The translations under genes were made by a program, and so were the position numbers. Positions 48,945-61,815 of a stretch of DNA of 64,000 bases are shown here, in pieces. The DNA comes from Neoechinorhynchus agilis (Eukaryota; Animalia; Acanthocephala): contig CM121342.1 in the NCBI GenBank assembly GCA_051530055.1, positions 5,331,489 to 5,395,488 on the forward strand, given 5' to 3'. Numbering within the stretch: the stretch's first letter is position 1; each line of letters begins with the position of its first letter. The notes under the pieces are model-generated. The model saw only the letters and a list, made by a program, of their open reading frames with translations, was not told the DNA's origin and searched no databases.

Positions 48945-51900
48945 TTACGGGCTATCAAAATCGCTGTTTTCCGTAAGAGTCCTCTGATTTTCGTAGCCGT
49001 CAATTTTACGGCTTGTTTCATCAATGAGATCAAGCGCAACCTCGTATTCAATTGCTCTAGGTCTGTCCAACTTGTCAGCATCAACTCGTCCTCCAATGGT
49101 TCCATGAAGATAAGCTTGCCTCTTGGCATTCTCCAGACTGACCATCGTGTCCATCCCATAAATGGCATCATTTGTGTATTTTAAAAAGTCATTTGCTCCA
49201 TCAACGTTTTCCAATGTACCATCCATCTGAAAACATTTTTTTATTACTCCCTCTTGATTTCCGCGTCGAAGCAGTGTAGAAATTTTGCTATGAAAAAGAC
49301 TATTCTTTTTCTTGAATTTTTCCCGCGTCTCAAGAGTCGGATTATACAGTGAAGAATCGGATAGAAGAAATGACGGCTGAAACCAATCAGGTTGAAGCTT
49401 TATTTCAGGTTTCAGCGTTCGCGCTCGCATCTCGGCATCTACTCGTTGACGCCAAATATTCATTTGTTGCTTCGTTATAAATTTTCTGTCGAATTGCGGT
49501 GAATACTTTTTCTCTTCCGTCTTCGTCTCCTTCTCTTCAAGCTCAATATCCCTGCATAATTTCAAGAAAATTTAATGTTTTTTCTATCGCCGATTTAACA
49601 CCAACTTTTCGGTGCAAAAATACAATTCTAAGGCTTAACGCGGCAGTGACCAATATGCCGAACAATTAAATGATCGGCTAAAATTCTTTTTTATGGGTGA
49701 AATTGAAAAGCTTAGATTGAGAAAAAAAGATGAACGGTTTCTTTGAACGCATGATTTTTACAGATTTACTTACGTTCCTACAAATGTGACTCCACGAGCA
49801 AATTCCAGATTCTCTTGCAATTTAGCTCGCTCGAACGGTAGCGGAAATACGTTGTATCCAATAAGCTTCGTAATCTTCTTACGTCCGGACATCATTTTAT
49901 CGGCCATTTCTATAGCATCCGCAGCTCGTTCATTGGCATCCATGAAATCAATAGGATCCGAATCTTCCAAGGATTTGTCAATTGGCTTCGAGAACACTGA
50001 ACCTTAACGTAAGTTTTAGATGAAATATTCACGGTGCCAAAAGATAGCAGCGTACGGTCATATTTGGTAGTGGCAAAAGTTTTTAGTGGACGACGAGAGT
50101 CTAAGGCCACGATATCGCCCAATGGTTTCTGGAATAAATCAATCCTCTCTATTTCAATGGGCAAAAGGTTTATGTTGGAGAAGTCCTTCAGTAGAGGATG
50201 TACGTTATATCGACTCGAAGCGAGATTGTGTACTAGATCGTCAGTCCACTCAATGAGTCCTTTAGCCATCTTTTTTCGGGGTAGTCTAAAAGTACATTTT
50301 TAGAGTAAAGGCGCTTTTAAATATTACGGAAACAATCGCTAAATCATTAAATTGGATTTTATATTTTCTAGTCAATTTGCACCACAAAATTCATTGAGGA
50401 TTTCTCTCGGATAGTCATTGTATAAGGTTCACATGCTCATTACGGGGTTTGAAGTAAAAAATCGAATAAGCTTTACAAACCTGGGCGTAATCATAGGTGA
50501 ATATGGCGCTACTGTTTGAATTTGTTCTCCAAACATGAAATCCGTGTCCAATAATGCTAAAAGTTTGCATAATAGAAATATTTGTGTACAATTGAAAAGC
50601 ACACATTTTACCCCTCGTGGTCGCAACTTATCCTTTATCAATTCTCTCAATTCTTCGTGTATTGTCGATTTAGCCAAAGATAGATCCTTCCGCTTTTTGT
50701 CAATCCGCTTTTTCAACCTTCTACGTGGTCCAACATCCATTGATACTTTCTTACTTTCTTGAACTCTCTTTTCCAATTCACCTAAAGTACTGATAACATT
50801 ATCAACTGAGGATAATAAGTCCTGCAAATCCTGCCATTTACGCTCATCGACGCTTTCCGCTACTTTCACCTTTTTTATCGGTATTTTCATTTCCTTCTCC
50901 TTAACGTAAATTGATTTCTTTAAAATCGGCTTAAGAATTTTGGATGTCTCCACCGTTTCTACTTTACCACGCTCAATTAATCTTGGAGCTTGATGCCGAC
51001 TTCTAACCTCCTCTGCCAATTTTTTCATTGATTTCAGCAATTGATAAAAATCAAATGGGAGAATTTCGTCCCGCTTCGCCTGCTCTTTCATCATCAAATC
51101 GTATATAAGCCGTTGATCATAAAGCTCTTGCACCAACATTGAAGATCTCATTAGCCTCACAGACAAGCGATCTCGTTTCAAATTATTTAGTATCCTTTTG
51201 GTATTATTAATCATCTTTTTTAATGCCCGAATTCTCTCATTTGGACGTTTTAACTTCTTAACTCCACTTTCAATGGCTTCCAAATCTTCTTGTAGACTTT
51301 TTAGATGCTTTATCAAAACTTCATTCAAAACAGATGTAATTGGTGATTTCTCTTCAGACACCGTAGCGGGTATGTTCAGTTTGTGTTCGTGGTCAATTAC
51401 ATCAGCTAATAACATATCCAGAAATCCAGAAGATCGCTCATCTTCAATCAGTTCAAGCTCTCCCCTCTTTTCTTTGCCCTTCTTTATTTCAACTGAAGCA
51501 TCACTGTCAGCAGCGACCTCTTCGTGGGTCCTAGCTTGCACCTCAGATTCCTTGTACACTTCTGGAAGTGAAATATTCTCAGACAATTCACTCTTTTCTA
51601 TGTCCTTATCTTTCACTTGGTCATCTCTAACCATTTCCTCAACATCAGTAACTGCTCGAAGATCTGCATCAATTAGAGGCCTCTCCTCCTTGTCAAGATC
51701 CATTTCCTTCTGCATGGATAAAATTCGCTCTTGGATTTGCTGAAGACGAGGTTCAAGACTTTTCGGTTGTTTTTCAACTTCCAAACTCTTAATCTCGTCC
51801 GTTGAAAAATCTTGTTTCTCCAAAATCAACATATCCAAAACTTTCTCAGTTCTATTCACGTTTTCCTCATACGCCTGGATATCATCTTCTGTAGCTTTCT

Positions 51901-54900
51901 CAAAATCCACCGCTTTTTCCAGCAAATGCAACTTATCTTCTTCAATCTCAATCATCTCGTCAATTTGAGGTGTTATTAACTTAATATCTGTCAGAGTTGC
52001 ATTTCGCACAAGCATTGATTCCTTTTGCGTCGTCGTAAGAGGTATGGAACTCCTCACAAAGTCCGAAATCATGTCATGTCGTACTTTATCCTGCGGATGT
52101 CGACGTCTAACAATGTTTGAGACTTTTTGACGATTCTCTAGATCGTCAAGTAAATCGAGTTTGTGAATCATCGCACTGACAAGTTCATTTATCTGCGCAT
52201 CATCGTCCATTTGTCCGTCCCGAGAATCTAACTTCTCAACTTCCGCCTCACGGTGCATTGCCTCCTTTGAAATTGCATCGGAAGTTTTCAATTCTGCCAA
52301 TGGTTCTTCGACCAAATCACGTTCAAAATCGATAGTCTCGCTCTTTTCTAAAGAAGATTCCGTATGCTTATCCATATCACCTACTTCCTTCAGTAAAACT
52401 TCCTCGTTTACTTCAGCTCCCATCTTCTCAGAAACTAAAGAACCCGAAATGTCTTCCTCTCGATGAATCAATGATTCGGTTGTAGTTAAACTAATAGGTT
52501 CCTTTATCATTTCATCCTTGGATTCACCGTCTTTGTGGTATTCAGCTGGTTCCAGAAATTTGCCTTGATTTAACCATTCATCCTTCGTCTGTTCTACTTC
52601 AATTTGATCAGACTTCCTCAAATGCCCTCTTTCAACAATATCCGGCTCCTTTAAATGCCCTCTTTCAACAATATCCGATTCCTTCAAATGTCCTCTTTCA
52701 ACAAAATCCGATTCCTTCAAATGTCCTCTTTCAACAAAATCCGAATCCTTCAAATGTCTCCTTTCAACAATATCCGAATCCTTCAAATGTCCTCTTTCAA
52801 CAAAATCCGAATCCTTCAAATGTCCTCTTTCAACAAAATCCGATTCCTTCAAATGTCCTCTTTCAACAAAATCCGAATCCTTCAAATGTCCTCTTTCAAC
52901 ATCCTCATCCAGTAGTTCATCATCACCAGAATCAGATTCCTCGAATTGGACTCTCTCAACGAAATCTTCCATTGATTGGTCCTCGGGGTGTTCCACCTTT
53001 GGCGAAACCGATTCTTTGAACGGGATTTCTTCGATTGCCTTGTCTGATATTTCATCTGCGGCTTGTTCCACCTTTGGCAAAACTGATTCTTTGAAGTGGA
53101 TCTTTTCGATAGCTTTGTCTGATATTTCATCAACCGCATGTTCCACCGTTGGCGAAACCGATTTTTTGAGCGGGATCTTTTCGATTGCCTTGTCTGATAT
53201 TTCATCAACCGCCTGTTCCACTTCTGGCGAAACTGATTCTTTGAACTGGATCTTTTCGATTGCCTTGTCTGATATTTCATCAACCGCATGTTCCACCTCT
53301 GGCGAAACTGATTCTTTGAACTGGATCTTTTCGATTGCTTTGTCTGATATTTCATCAACCGCCTGTTCCACCGTTGGCAAAACTGATTCTTTGAACTGGA
53401 TCTTTTCGATGGCTTTGTCTGATATTTCATCAACCGCCTGTTCCACCGTTGGCAAAACTGATTCTTTGAACTGGATCTTTTCGATGGCTTTGTCTGATAT
53501 TTCATCAACCGCCTGTTCCACCTCTGGCGAAACCGATTTTTTGAACGGGATCTTTTCGATGGCTTTGTCTGATATTTCATCAACCGCCTGTTCCACCTTT
53601 GGCGAAATCGATATTTTGAGCGGGATTTCTTCGATTGCCTTGTCTGATATTTCATCAACCGCCTGTTCCAGCTCTGGCGAAACTGATTCTTTAAACTGGA
53701 TCTTTTCGATTGCCTTGTCTGATATTTCATCTACGGCCTGTTCCACCTTTGGCGAAATCGATATTTTGAGCGGGATTTCTTCGATTGCCTCGTCTGATAT
53801 TTCATCTACGGCCTGTTTGACCTTTGGCGAAATCGATTTTTTGAACGGGATTTCTTCGATTGCCTCGTCTGATATTTCATCTACGGCCTGTTTGACCTTT
53901 GGCGAAACCGATTTTTTGAGCTGGATTTCTTCGATTGCCTCGTCTGGTAGTTCATCCACTGCCTGTTCCACCTTTGGCGAAACGGATTTTTTGAACGGGA
54001 TTTCTTCGATTGCCTTGTCTGATATTTTATCTACGGCCTGTTCCACCTTTGGCGAAACCGATTTTTTGAACTGGACTTCATAAAAAATCTCTGTCTCTTC
54101 TTCTTTATGAAGAACACTAACCATTTCTCCGTCAAGCTCTTTGGCACGTGCCACACGTTCAAATTTCAATTTACTCTTCATTCTTTTCATTTCACATTTC
54201 CGGGCCTGTTTCAACGCCAAAATCCCCCGACTAACTGTCTCCAATACTGGATCCAGCTGAGAAGCATCAATATCTCCCATTTCTCTCTTCAATGCAACCC
54301 ATCTATTTTTCATTTCCTCGGCTTTCAGCAGTCGTCTTCCCTCCTCTTCTAATCTCTTTATCATAGCTCTATCAAGTCCTGGCAACTCTTGATCATCGCC
54401 ACTTCGAGAGTCGAGCACACTTTCGGCTTGAGCTACATTCCCAAACCTCATGAGCCTTTCCAATTGGTCCATTAGACTTAAATCTGTTTTCAGCATCTCG
54501 ACTGACTTTTCCTTGAAATTGGACGTAAACGGTTTTCGAATATGCTTCCTAGTTATGGTTGTCAAATCCACTTTTTCGAGCTTTCCATAGGTAAGATAAT
54601 TCCGGTAGGCTCGATCGGAAATGAGCTTAAGGTCCCTCATAAATCTGACATGATCTTGATCAAAATCGATTCCTTGCGCAAAGTCAAATAGATCCTTTCC
54701 CGTTAACCCCGACGGTCGTCTCGTTAGAAAATCTTTGATCTGAGAATGCTTAGCAATAACCTGTTCTGCTTTTTCCAGTTTTAAACCGGAAACGAGCAAT
54801 TCATCGAATTTAATGAGACTGACCGCCACTCTGTCCTTGATCGCACTCGACATATCGAATTTTTCTATAAAGCCATAATTTTCGATTGGTTTAATTAATT

Positions 54901-57900
54901 CGTTATACTCTTGCTCACTAATTGCACTCACATGATCTTCGATCTTCTCAATCATGCGTTCGTCAATAAACCCTGGCATCGCCAATATATCTTTGGCCAA
55001 GTCTGAATCGATCAATTGAGCTGCATTTTTCATATCCTTGATGTCTGCATTTAGAAGACATCGATGGACTTGAAAATGAGGACGGATCATGTCATTCTTA
55101 ATTAATCCGTACTCTTTAGCCGCCTCGACAAAAAGCTCAATTAGTAATCTATAACAAGAAATCATGTCTTTTGAAGCAAACACCTCTCGTTCATTTAGAA
55201 ACCTGTCCATAACATCTTTTTTTATCCTTTTAGCATTGAACAACTCATATATGCTGGCTGTACTCAAATCGTATACTGCGTTCATATGCCTCAATTCTTT
55301 GTAATCGATAATGTCCTTCAAGATTGGCAATTGCTCCGAATGATCGCTTTCATCCCCCGAATCTTTACCTTCAAAACAAGTCTTTAAAAACGGGAGAATA
55401 TGATTTCCGGAAATCACGTACACTTCTCGACTCGGTTTTCCCCGCTGATGTACTTGGAGATTCTTAAAAAATCTCTTCACATTTGCTCGACTAATGTCAA
55501 CAAAATACATGGCATTGAATAGAACGTTGATTTGTTTCAGCGATAAATATCCTTCGCTAAGATCATCCGTTTCTTTAAAATACCCACTCTTTTTCATAAA
55601 AATGGTAAAAACGTGGTTCATCAGTAGAAGCTTACTGTCATTTTGATCCTCGGGATCGTCTCTAATTATAGACCTTCTTAATTCTTTGACCAATTTTTTG
55701 ACGGCAAGATTCTCGTTTCTACCTAAGAATCCCAGAATATCCAGCATTATTCCTCTATCAAATCCGTCGATCAATTCAAGGACGTCGCCTCTAGTCACTG
55801 GACGTCGCGATTGAACATTCATTAAAATGGTTGCTATCATCTTACTTAGAACCTTAATTATGCTTTCAATCAACAACAGTCGTTTAGGATTCGCTCCTCG
55901 GTATAACTTTGTTAGAAGGTCACCGTGTTGAACAGATTCTTGTTTGGATGAAAAAACAATGCAGAATACTGCCAATCTAGAGATTATAAGTATAGAAAAA
56001 CGCGGTAGCCACGAATCATCCGATCGACAGGAATTACTTTCAAAAATTGAACTTTCAGGGGTGCTTAGACTTCAGAAATATGCTAAAATTCATCAAAGAC
56101 ACGTCGTTTTTTTTGTCTTTATAAAATCGTTTCTACGCATAAGATAGTTTTTGACATGGACCAACAAAGGATTCAACGATTTCTTTGTAAGACGACTAAT
56201 TAACAAAAAAAGAAGATTAATACCGGTTAAAAATTAACAAGAATATGTTGGATTATTGTTTTTTATAATGCTTAAATACCAACTGTGTGTATAATTTCTC
56301 AAGCAAATACCCTTGACAGTTTTTCTTCAATGTTCCGTGATCTTCAAGTTCTTCTTTAAACACTATATTGTTTCTCTCAATGTAATCAACGATATCATTA
56401 ACATCAAAAAGCAGCCTCGCCTTGGCCAGAACAGCCTCAAAAACTGGAACGGGAATTGATCGAGATGCGATCATATCCAGAAAAGTGTTCACCAAGTGCT
56501 TGTAGTACTGCCGAAGAGCACCAGAGAAGTTTTTATCTAACAAAGGGTCTCTTGGAATCTTATTTGCACGAGTGTAACCGTATAAGGCATCGTATGTAAC
56601 AGGAATTAGATTAAAGAACTGAAGAATTTCAACACTTTCTGGAGAAAGGTCGATTTTTCTGAAGAGATCCACATTGGAAGAGTGTTCCGTTTGAAGAAGA
56701 GCTTGCAATTCTTTGATGCGTACCACGTAGTTTTGATAAACTCCGAGCCGATCTCGAATTACTTGCTTTAGATCTCCACTTTTCAAAACCAAAACATCAG
56801 TTAGTTTTCCAGAACGCTCCCAGCTACCAATCAAGGGAATCTCCGATAAATAATTTGAAGTGTCACGAATATCAATTGGTTTTGTGGTTGAAATTATCAG
56901 CATCACACTAGGAACTGACATGTATGTATACAATGATGGAAATGCACCTTCCTGAAAGTCTAGATGTGGAGAATATTTGACACATTCCAGAAGTGAATCG
57001 ATATCTCGAATTAATTGGTTGTATAAATCGATTAGATTAAGATTTCTTGCGTTCCTTAGTTCTTCGATCAGTTCCTTTGCAGCTGGATAATATTTAGTGT
57101 CGCAGAAGAGTCTGAGAATGTCGTTCCGTTTTCCATTAGAAAACGGATGACGGTCAAGTATGCTACGAAGCCACATTTTATCGAAGATTTTGTCTCGGCA
57201 ATTTTCGATTTCGTTGCTTAAAGCAAGCTTAAGAAACTGGATGTGATCGTGTTTTGTTCGTTTGGATAAATGCAGAATACATTCGAGAGTAACACACCTA
57301 AAATTCTGACACTGTCCGTGATTGTTTGTTCTTATCGACTTTAAAGGAACTATGACTGAGTGTTCGACTATGATGATTGAAGAAGTATACGAATATTCTA
57401 AAGTTTTGGTTTATAAGACCAAACTTATGCGTTTATCAAAAATCAAAAGCCTTGCCCCTTCCCGCTTCATCGGACGCTCAGTGTACCGGGACAACGCTGG
57501 AAGCACAAATCAAATCAAAGATACTAATGGCCCGTAGACGCAACAACTGATTGCAGACATCGTCCAACTTTACATAAGTACAAATCCCACGAATATTTAC
57601 ATTCTTAGAAAGCACTTCAGCGTCGTCACAAAGCACATAGAGCATATCCTGTTCAATAGCGTTAATCCACTCGTTCAAGCGAATGCAGCTCTGGCTAACT
57701 TGACTGGTCAAAGAGAGAAATAGACGATTGAACTGAGTCGCTTCGTCCATGTTGGTTAGAATGAGTTGCGGACTGACATATACGAGTAACATAATATTCG
57801 AGAAATCCGCCAAGGAAATCTGAGAATCCGATTGTGTCTTATAGGCATTTAGAATCTCGTTGAACACTAGCAATCGGGCATCGTTTACACTACATGATGT

Positions 57901-58302
57901 AAGGGCGCATTTGGCTTTGAGTAGATCAGCTACTACTTTGAATTCACTGCCCAATCCACTTAGTCCTTCTTCATTAAATCGGAAACTAATAGAGTCTAAT
58001 TGGTACTTTTTTGCATTTTCTGTTAAGAACTTTAGTGCCACATCCCTTTCCAGGTACGTTTCCTCCATGGACCCTTCAATGAGACCGTCGACTATTTCGC
58101 AAGCCGCGAATCCATATTTAGCAAAGCAATCGAATAAGCCTTGTTTCAGCTGAACAGGTCTGACTGTAGATAGAACGTTTTTGTTCATACAAATGCAACC
58201 CGTACGTTTTGAGCGTGGACGGGCAAACGTTTCGAACCATTGAAGGCAATGAAATTTAAAGTATTTATCTATTAGGAACGAAATTTCGAAGCATTCCTCC
58301 AT
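48945..58302 (-). CDS. Giant orphan acidic/coiled-coil protein (~2,900 aa) with internal repeats; ~7 exons
   Basis: ORFs 57478-58302, 56253-57176+, 50429-55975+, 49910-50269, 49770-49997 and 48945-49565 can be joined by phase-compatible GT-AG introns. Confidence 0.7.
52615..52905 (-). repeat. Coding tandem repeat, 33 bp (DFVERGHLKES) x9
   Basis: Visible in DNA and in the translation. Confidence 0.95.
52990..54075 (-). repeat. Coding tandem repeat, 75 bp (FKKSVSPKVEQAVDEISDKAIEEIP) x14 plus a partial unit
   Basis: Visible in DNA and in the translation. Confidence 0.95.
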
Positions 58303-58397
58303 GTATATAAAACAAAAAATGATTTTTCATCTTTTTTTGTCGACCGGTTCGCGTTGTTGTCATGGATACTTCACTCTTTCTCTATGTAAGCAGAAAA

Positions 58398-59312
58398 TGA
58401 TCGTCGCGGATGTTCGAGCCTTGAACGAAAGAGTGAAATTCCTTTTCGAAACACTGATTAAATCGATGAATTCCCTTACGACATTTGACCTTTATATTCC
58501 TCATTCCAAATGAAAAAATCTCTCAGAGTACCTTTTGACCTTCTTTTTAAGACGGCGCGTGCGAGGTCAAAGGGCGCCGTAAATTTACTTCAAAATGAAG
58601 CGCTGAAGGCAATTTGAGAGCGTTTGAACCAAAAATGTGGAGATTCCCGATAGGTCTTGCACTCGTACTGAAAATCATCTCATGTTTTCGCGAAGAGTAT
58701 GCCAGAAGTTTAATTTTATTGGACTTCCAGCCCGTCATTAATTCCATTGTTCCGGAGCTTTCGGTAAGTGGCACTCGACGTATTTGTGTGATTTAAAAAT
58801 TAACATATAGGTTAAAGCGGAATGTCGTTTTAGAATAAACGATTGTTTACCTTTCATTGATTCTTGTTAGATTCTTTTTTTTAATAAAGAGCGAGAATCG
58901 ATGAAGACTATACAATAGTCGGTTGAATAAACCGATTTCGGTTGACGTTTCGCGAACGGAACAATCGAAACGGACACTTGTGTTTTGTAGGATAAATCAC
59001 AAATCTAGTCGCAGTTCGGTAAAGATTCACATGGTCACTAGATACGGCAAAACAAGTGGACGAACATCGACAATTGTTCCATATTCGCAACCAGAAATGG
59101 CAATCGATGATCAGCACCATTTCTATGTGTTTCTATATGAAGAGATTGAAAGTGATCAAACATCAATGGATTCATTCGAATACAATCGGTCTATGAGCGA
59201 CGCTGAGAATTTCGTTGATATTCGATCACGCCAAAGGAGGCTTCTGGCCGGTACTGGATTTAACATTAACATAAATGATGAATATTGCCTCGGTGGTGAT
59301 CCTGAGACTTAA
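58398..59312 (+). CDS. Probable small multi-exon gene, unknown product
   Basis: Open segments on + with a GTAAGT donor at ~58764 and the 129-aa terminal ORF. Confidence 0.3.
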
Positions 59313-59729
59313 GACCATGTTTAGAACAAAAAAACTCGTCCATTTGATAAGTTTATATCCATGGAGGTCTTTTCACTTTTGTTTCGCTTTCCCTCTCATA
59401 CTAGAGAGAAGTCGCTTTGTTAGCTTGTCCTCAAAAATCAAACTTCATCCGAACGTCCGTTCGTTCCTCAATTCGGCGAGTAAATGGGGAAGGGCATCCG
59501 GTCGTATACCCCTGCGCCAATTTGTATCCTTACAAATCTTTCCAATCGAGATTCCTATTTTTTTAGGTGATAACAAAGAAAAGGACTCATGTATCTTTAA
59601 TCTTTTTTTGATGACGACATTTGTGCTATTGTTTTTGGTTGTTGTCTTCTATTCTTTCTTCCGGATCAATTCGAATTTGGAGGTTTGAGCCGTGTGGGGA
59701 AGAAAGGTACAAACGCGTGTAAAATATCG

Positions 59730-60182
59730 ATGTCCTATCGCTTGTTAGCAGCGGCTGGTTTGGCTGTAGCTGGTTTTGCAGCATATTGCGCCTATTTTGA
59801 CTATCGACGGCGTTCAGCCCCTGATTTTCGAAGAAAGCTTAAGGAACGGCGAGCACGTCAACAAAAAGAACGATCTACCGTAAAGTTAAGTTTTGATTTA
59901 AATGTCCCGGCTCTCTCGGACCCTAGGGAGATGCAACGCTTTTTTGAACAACATCTTATGGACGCGGATGCAGCTTTAGGTGACGGTGATGAAGATTTGG
60001 CTGCTCAACACTATGCAGTAGCTGCCATTTGCAGTCCAATGCCCGAAAAATTGGCCGAAATTGTATCATCCGCCGCTGGCAGTGAAATGGCCGAGAAAAT
60101 GAAAGGATATTTCCCGTTGGTTCAACGACAAATAACAAAAACTCTAATGGAACGTGGAACTTTGATCCGCCGCCCGTCATAG
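59730..60182 (+). CDS. TOMM20: Mitochondrial import receptor TOM20
   Basis: AGFAAYCAYFDYRRRSAPDFRRKLKERR; P.LSDPREMQRFF. Confidence 0.92.
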   Translation: MSYRLLAAAGLAVAGFAAYCAYFDYRRRSAPDFRRKLKERRARQQKERSTVKLSFDLNVPALSDPREMQRFFEQHLMDADAALGDGDEDLAAQHYAVAAICSPMPEKLAEIVSSAAGSEMAEKMKGYFPLVQRQITKTLMERGTLIRRPS

Positions 60183-60344
60183 TGACTCGCCGCGTCTACT
60201 GTTCTCGCCCTTTTGTTTGGCAAAAATAAAACATCCGATTCTTGCCGTGTAATAGTTCAATCATCTCCAAATTCTTTAGAACGAGTACGCGAAAGAACCA
60301 GTTTGTTTGAGGGAAACTTCGAAAAAAAACCCGGATCTACATTG

Positions 60345-61815
60345 ATGGACGAGATTAGGAAGGACCGCAGGTTTCGTCATGTTTTCCAGGATCCGATGTT
60401 CCGTCCCGTTCCAAGATCGATTCACAAGTCGAAGCTTGACGATCGATTCAAGTCCGTTTTGAGTGACGATTCGTTTCGGTCTTATCCGTCGAACAAGGAC
60501 GCACGAGGCGCAAAAAGACTCAAAAGTGAAATCGATAACCTTGATCGATATTATGACTTTGACGCCCACAAAGCCACTAAGAACACCGTGGATTCGAATC
60601 GTAAAAAAGAGAAAAAGGGACGTTTAAAACGTAAAAATCGTCAAAAAAGTAGCCCAGGGGAGATTGCTTTGGAGCAGGAGGAAAGCGTCGTTCGCAATGA
60701 AGGTGCTTATCAACGGTTGGCCATTTGTGGAATGGATTGGGACTTTATAACGGCAAAAGATTTGTTCGTGGCGTTGGCGTCGGTCGTCGAAGACGACGGG
60801 TGCCTTGAGAGCGTCAAGATTTATCCTTCTCAGTTTGGTTTGAAGGAAATGGAGAAGGAAAAATCAAGCGGTCCAAACATAAAAGTAAGTACCGGCTCCC
60901 TAAAAGATGATTTCGATCAATATCGAATAATTGACGAAACGGAAGCAGAAAAGGCGGAAACGGAAGCGCTAATGCATTTAGATTCTAATGGCAGCTTAAT
61001 AAGTCTCGTAAGTACGCTTTTTGGAGACATTTGCGTCTTGTAAATTGTTTTTTTGAACCTTTGGCAATTTCTTAAGAATTATAAATGCCAAAAGGACCTA
61101 TCAATTAAAACGCCTTCGGTATTACTATGCGATAGCCACCGTGGATAGTGTAGCAACCGCTAAAAAGATCTACGAAGAGCTCGATGGCCAAGAATACGAG
61201 AACTCTGGAAACCGTTTCGACTTGCGATACGTGAGTGACGATATTTCATTTGATTCTGAGCCTAAAGATGAATGTATCCACTTCCCGGGCGAGGACTATA
61301 AACCCACGGAGTATTCAACCAAAGCTCTGTTCCAAACGCGAGTCGATTGTACGTGGGATGAAACTCCAAAGGAACGTCAATTGATGCTCAATCGCCGATA
61401 CGACAACCCTGAAGAAGCCCTTCAAGCATACGACGAAATCGCAAAAAAATATATAGCTTCCAGTGAAGATGGCGACGATGGCTTACTACTTGACGTAAGG
61501 GACAATTGTGGAGATGAAAAGGATGATGTTGAAGTCGAATGGGATGACGATGAACCCTCTGAACCAAAGAATAAACCCAAAGGACATCGTATGAAAATGA
61601 AACAGAAAGCCTATGAAAAATATCACAAAAGAAAAATGACCAAGGACAAAGCGGTTGACCCCGATGAAGAGGTCGCTAAGATTACAGGCGACAGTAGGTT
61701 CACAGAAATGTTCAAAGTCAGCAATTATCATATCGATCCAACATCAACCCTCTATAAGGAAACGGAAGTAATGAAAAGATTGATTTCAAGGCCCATGTCA
61801 GATGATGGCGTTTAA
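60345..61815 (+). CDS. ESF1: Pre-rRNA processing protein ESF1, 2 exons
   Basis: DRRF..V..DP.F, RLAICGMDWD.ITAKDL, VKIYPSQFG, YQLKRLRYYYA, DGQEYE..GNRFDLRY, VDCTWDET, IDPTSTLYKET. Confidence 0.93.
60974..61094 (+). other. Predicted GC-AG intron (121 nt) with terminal stem
   Basis: GCATTTA-GATTCT pairs with AGAATT-A-TAAATGC; spacer CAAAAG; removal joins EAL(M) to TYQLKRL. Confidence 0.55.

Noticed and set aside
52655-54083. Long antisense and alternative-frame ORFs (355, 282 and 86 aa) over the giant gene
   Set aside because: Expected shadows of stop-free tandem coding repeats.
57176-57540. TAAA-type acceptor in the giant gene
   Set aside because: A phase-compatible canonical GT-AG intron exists and the stem is weak.
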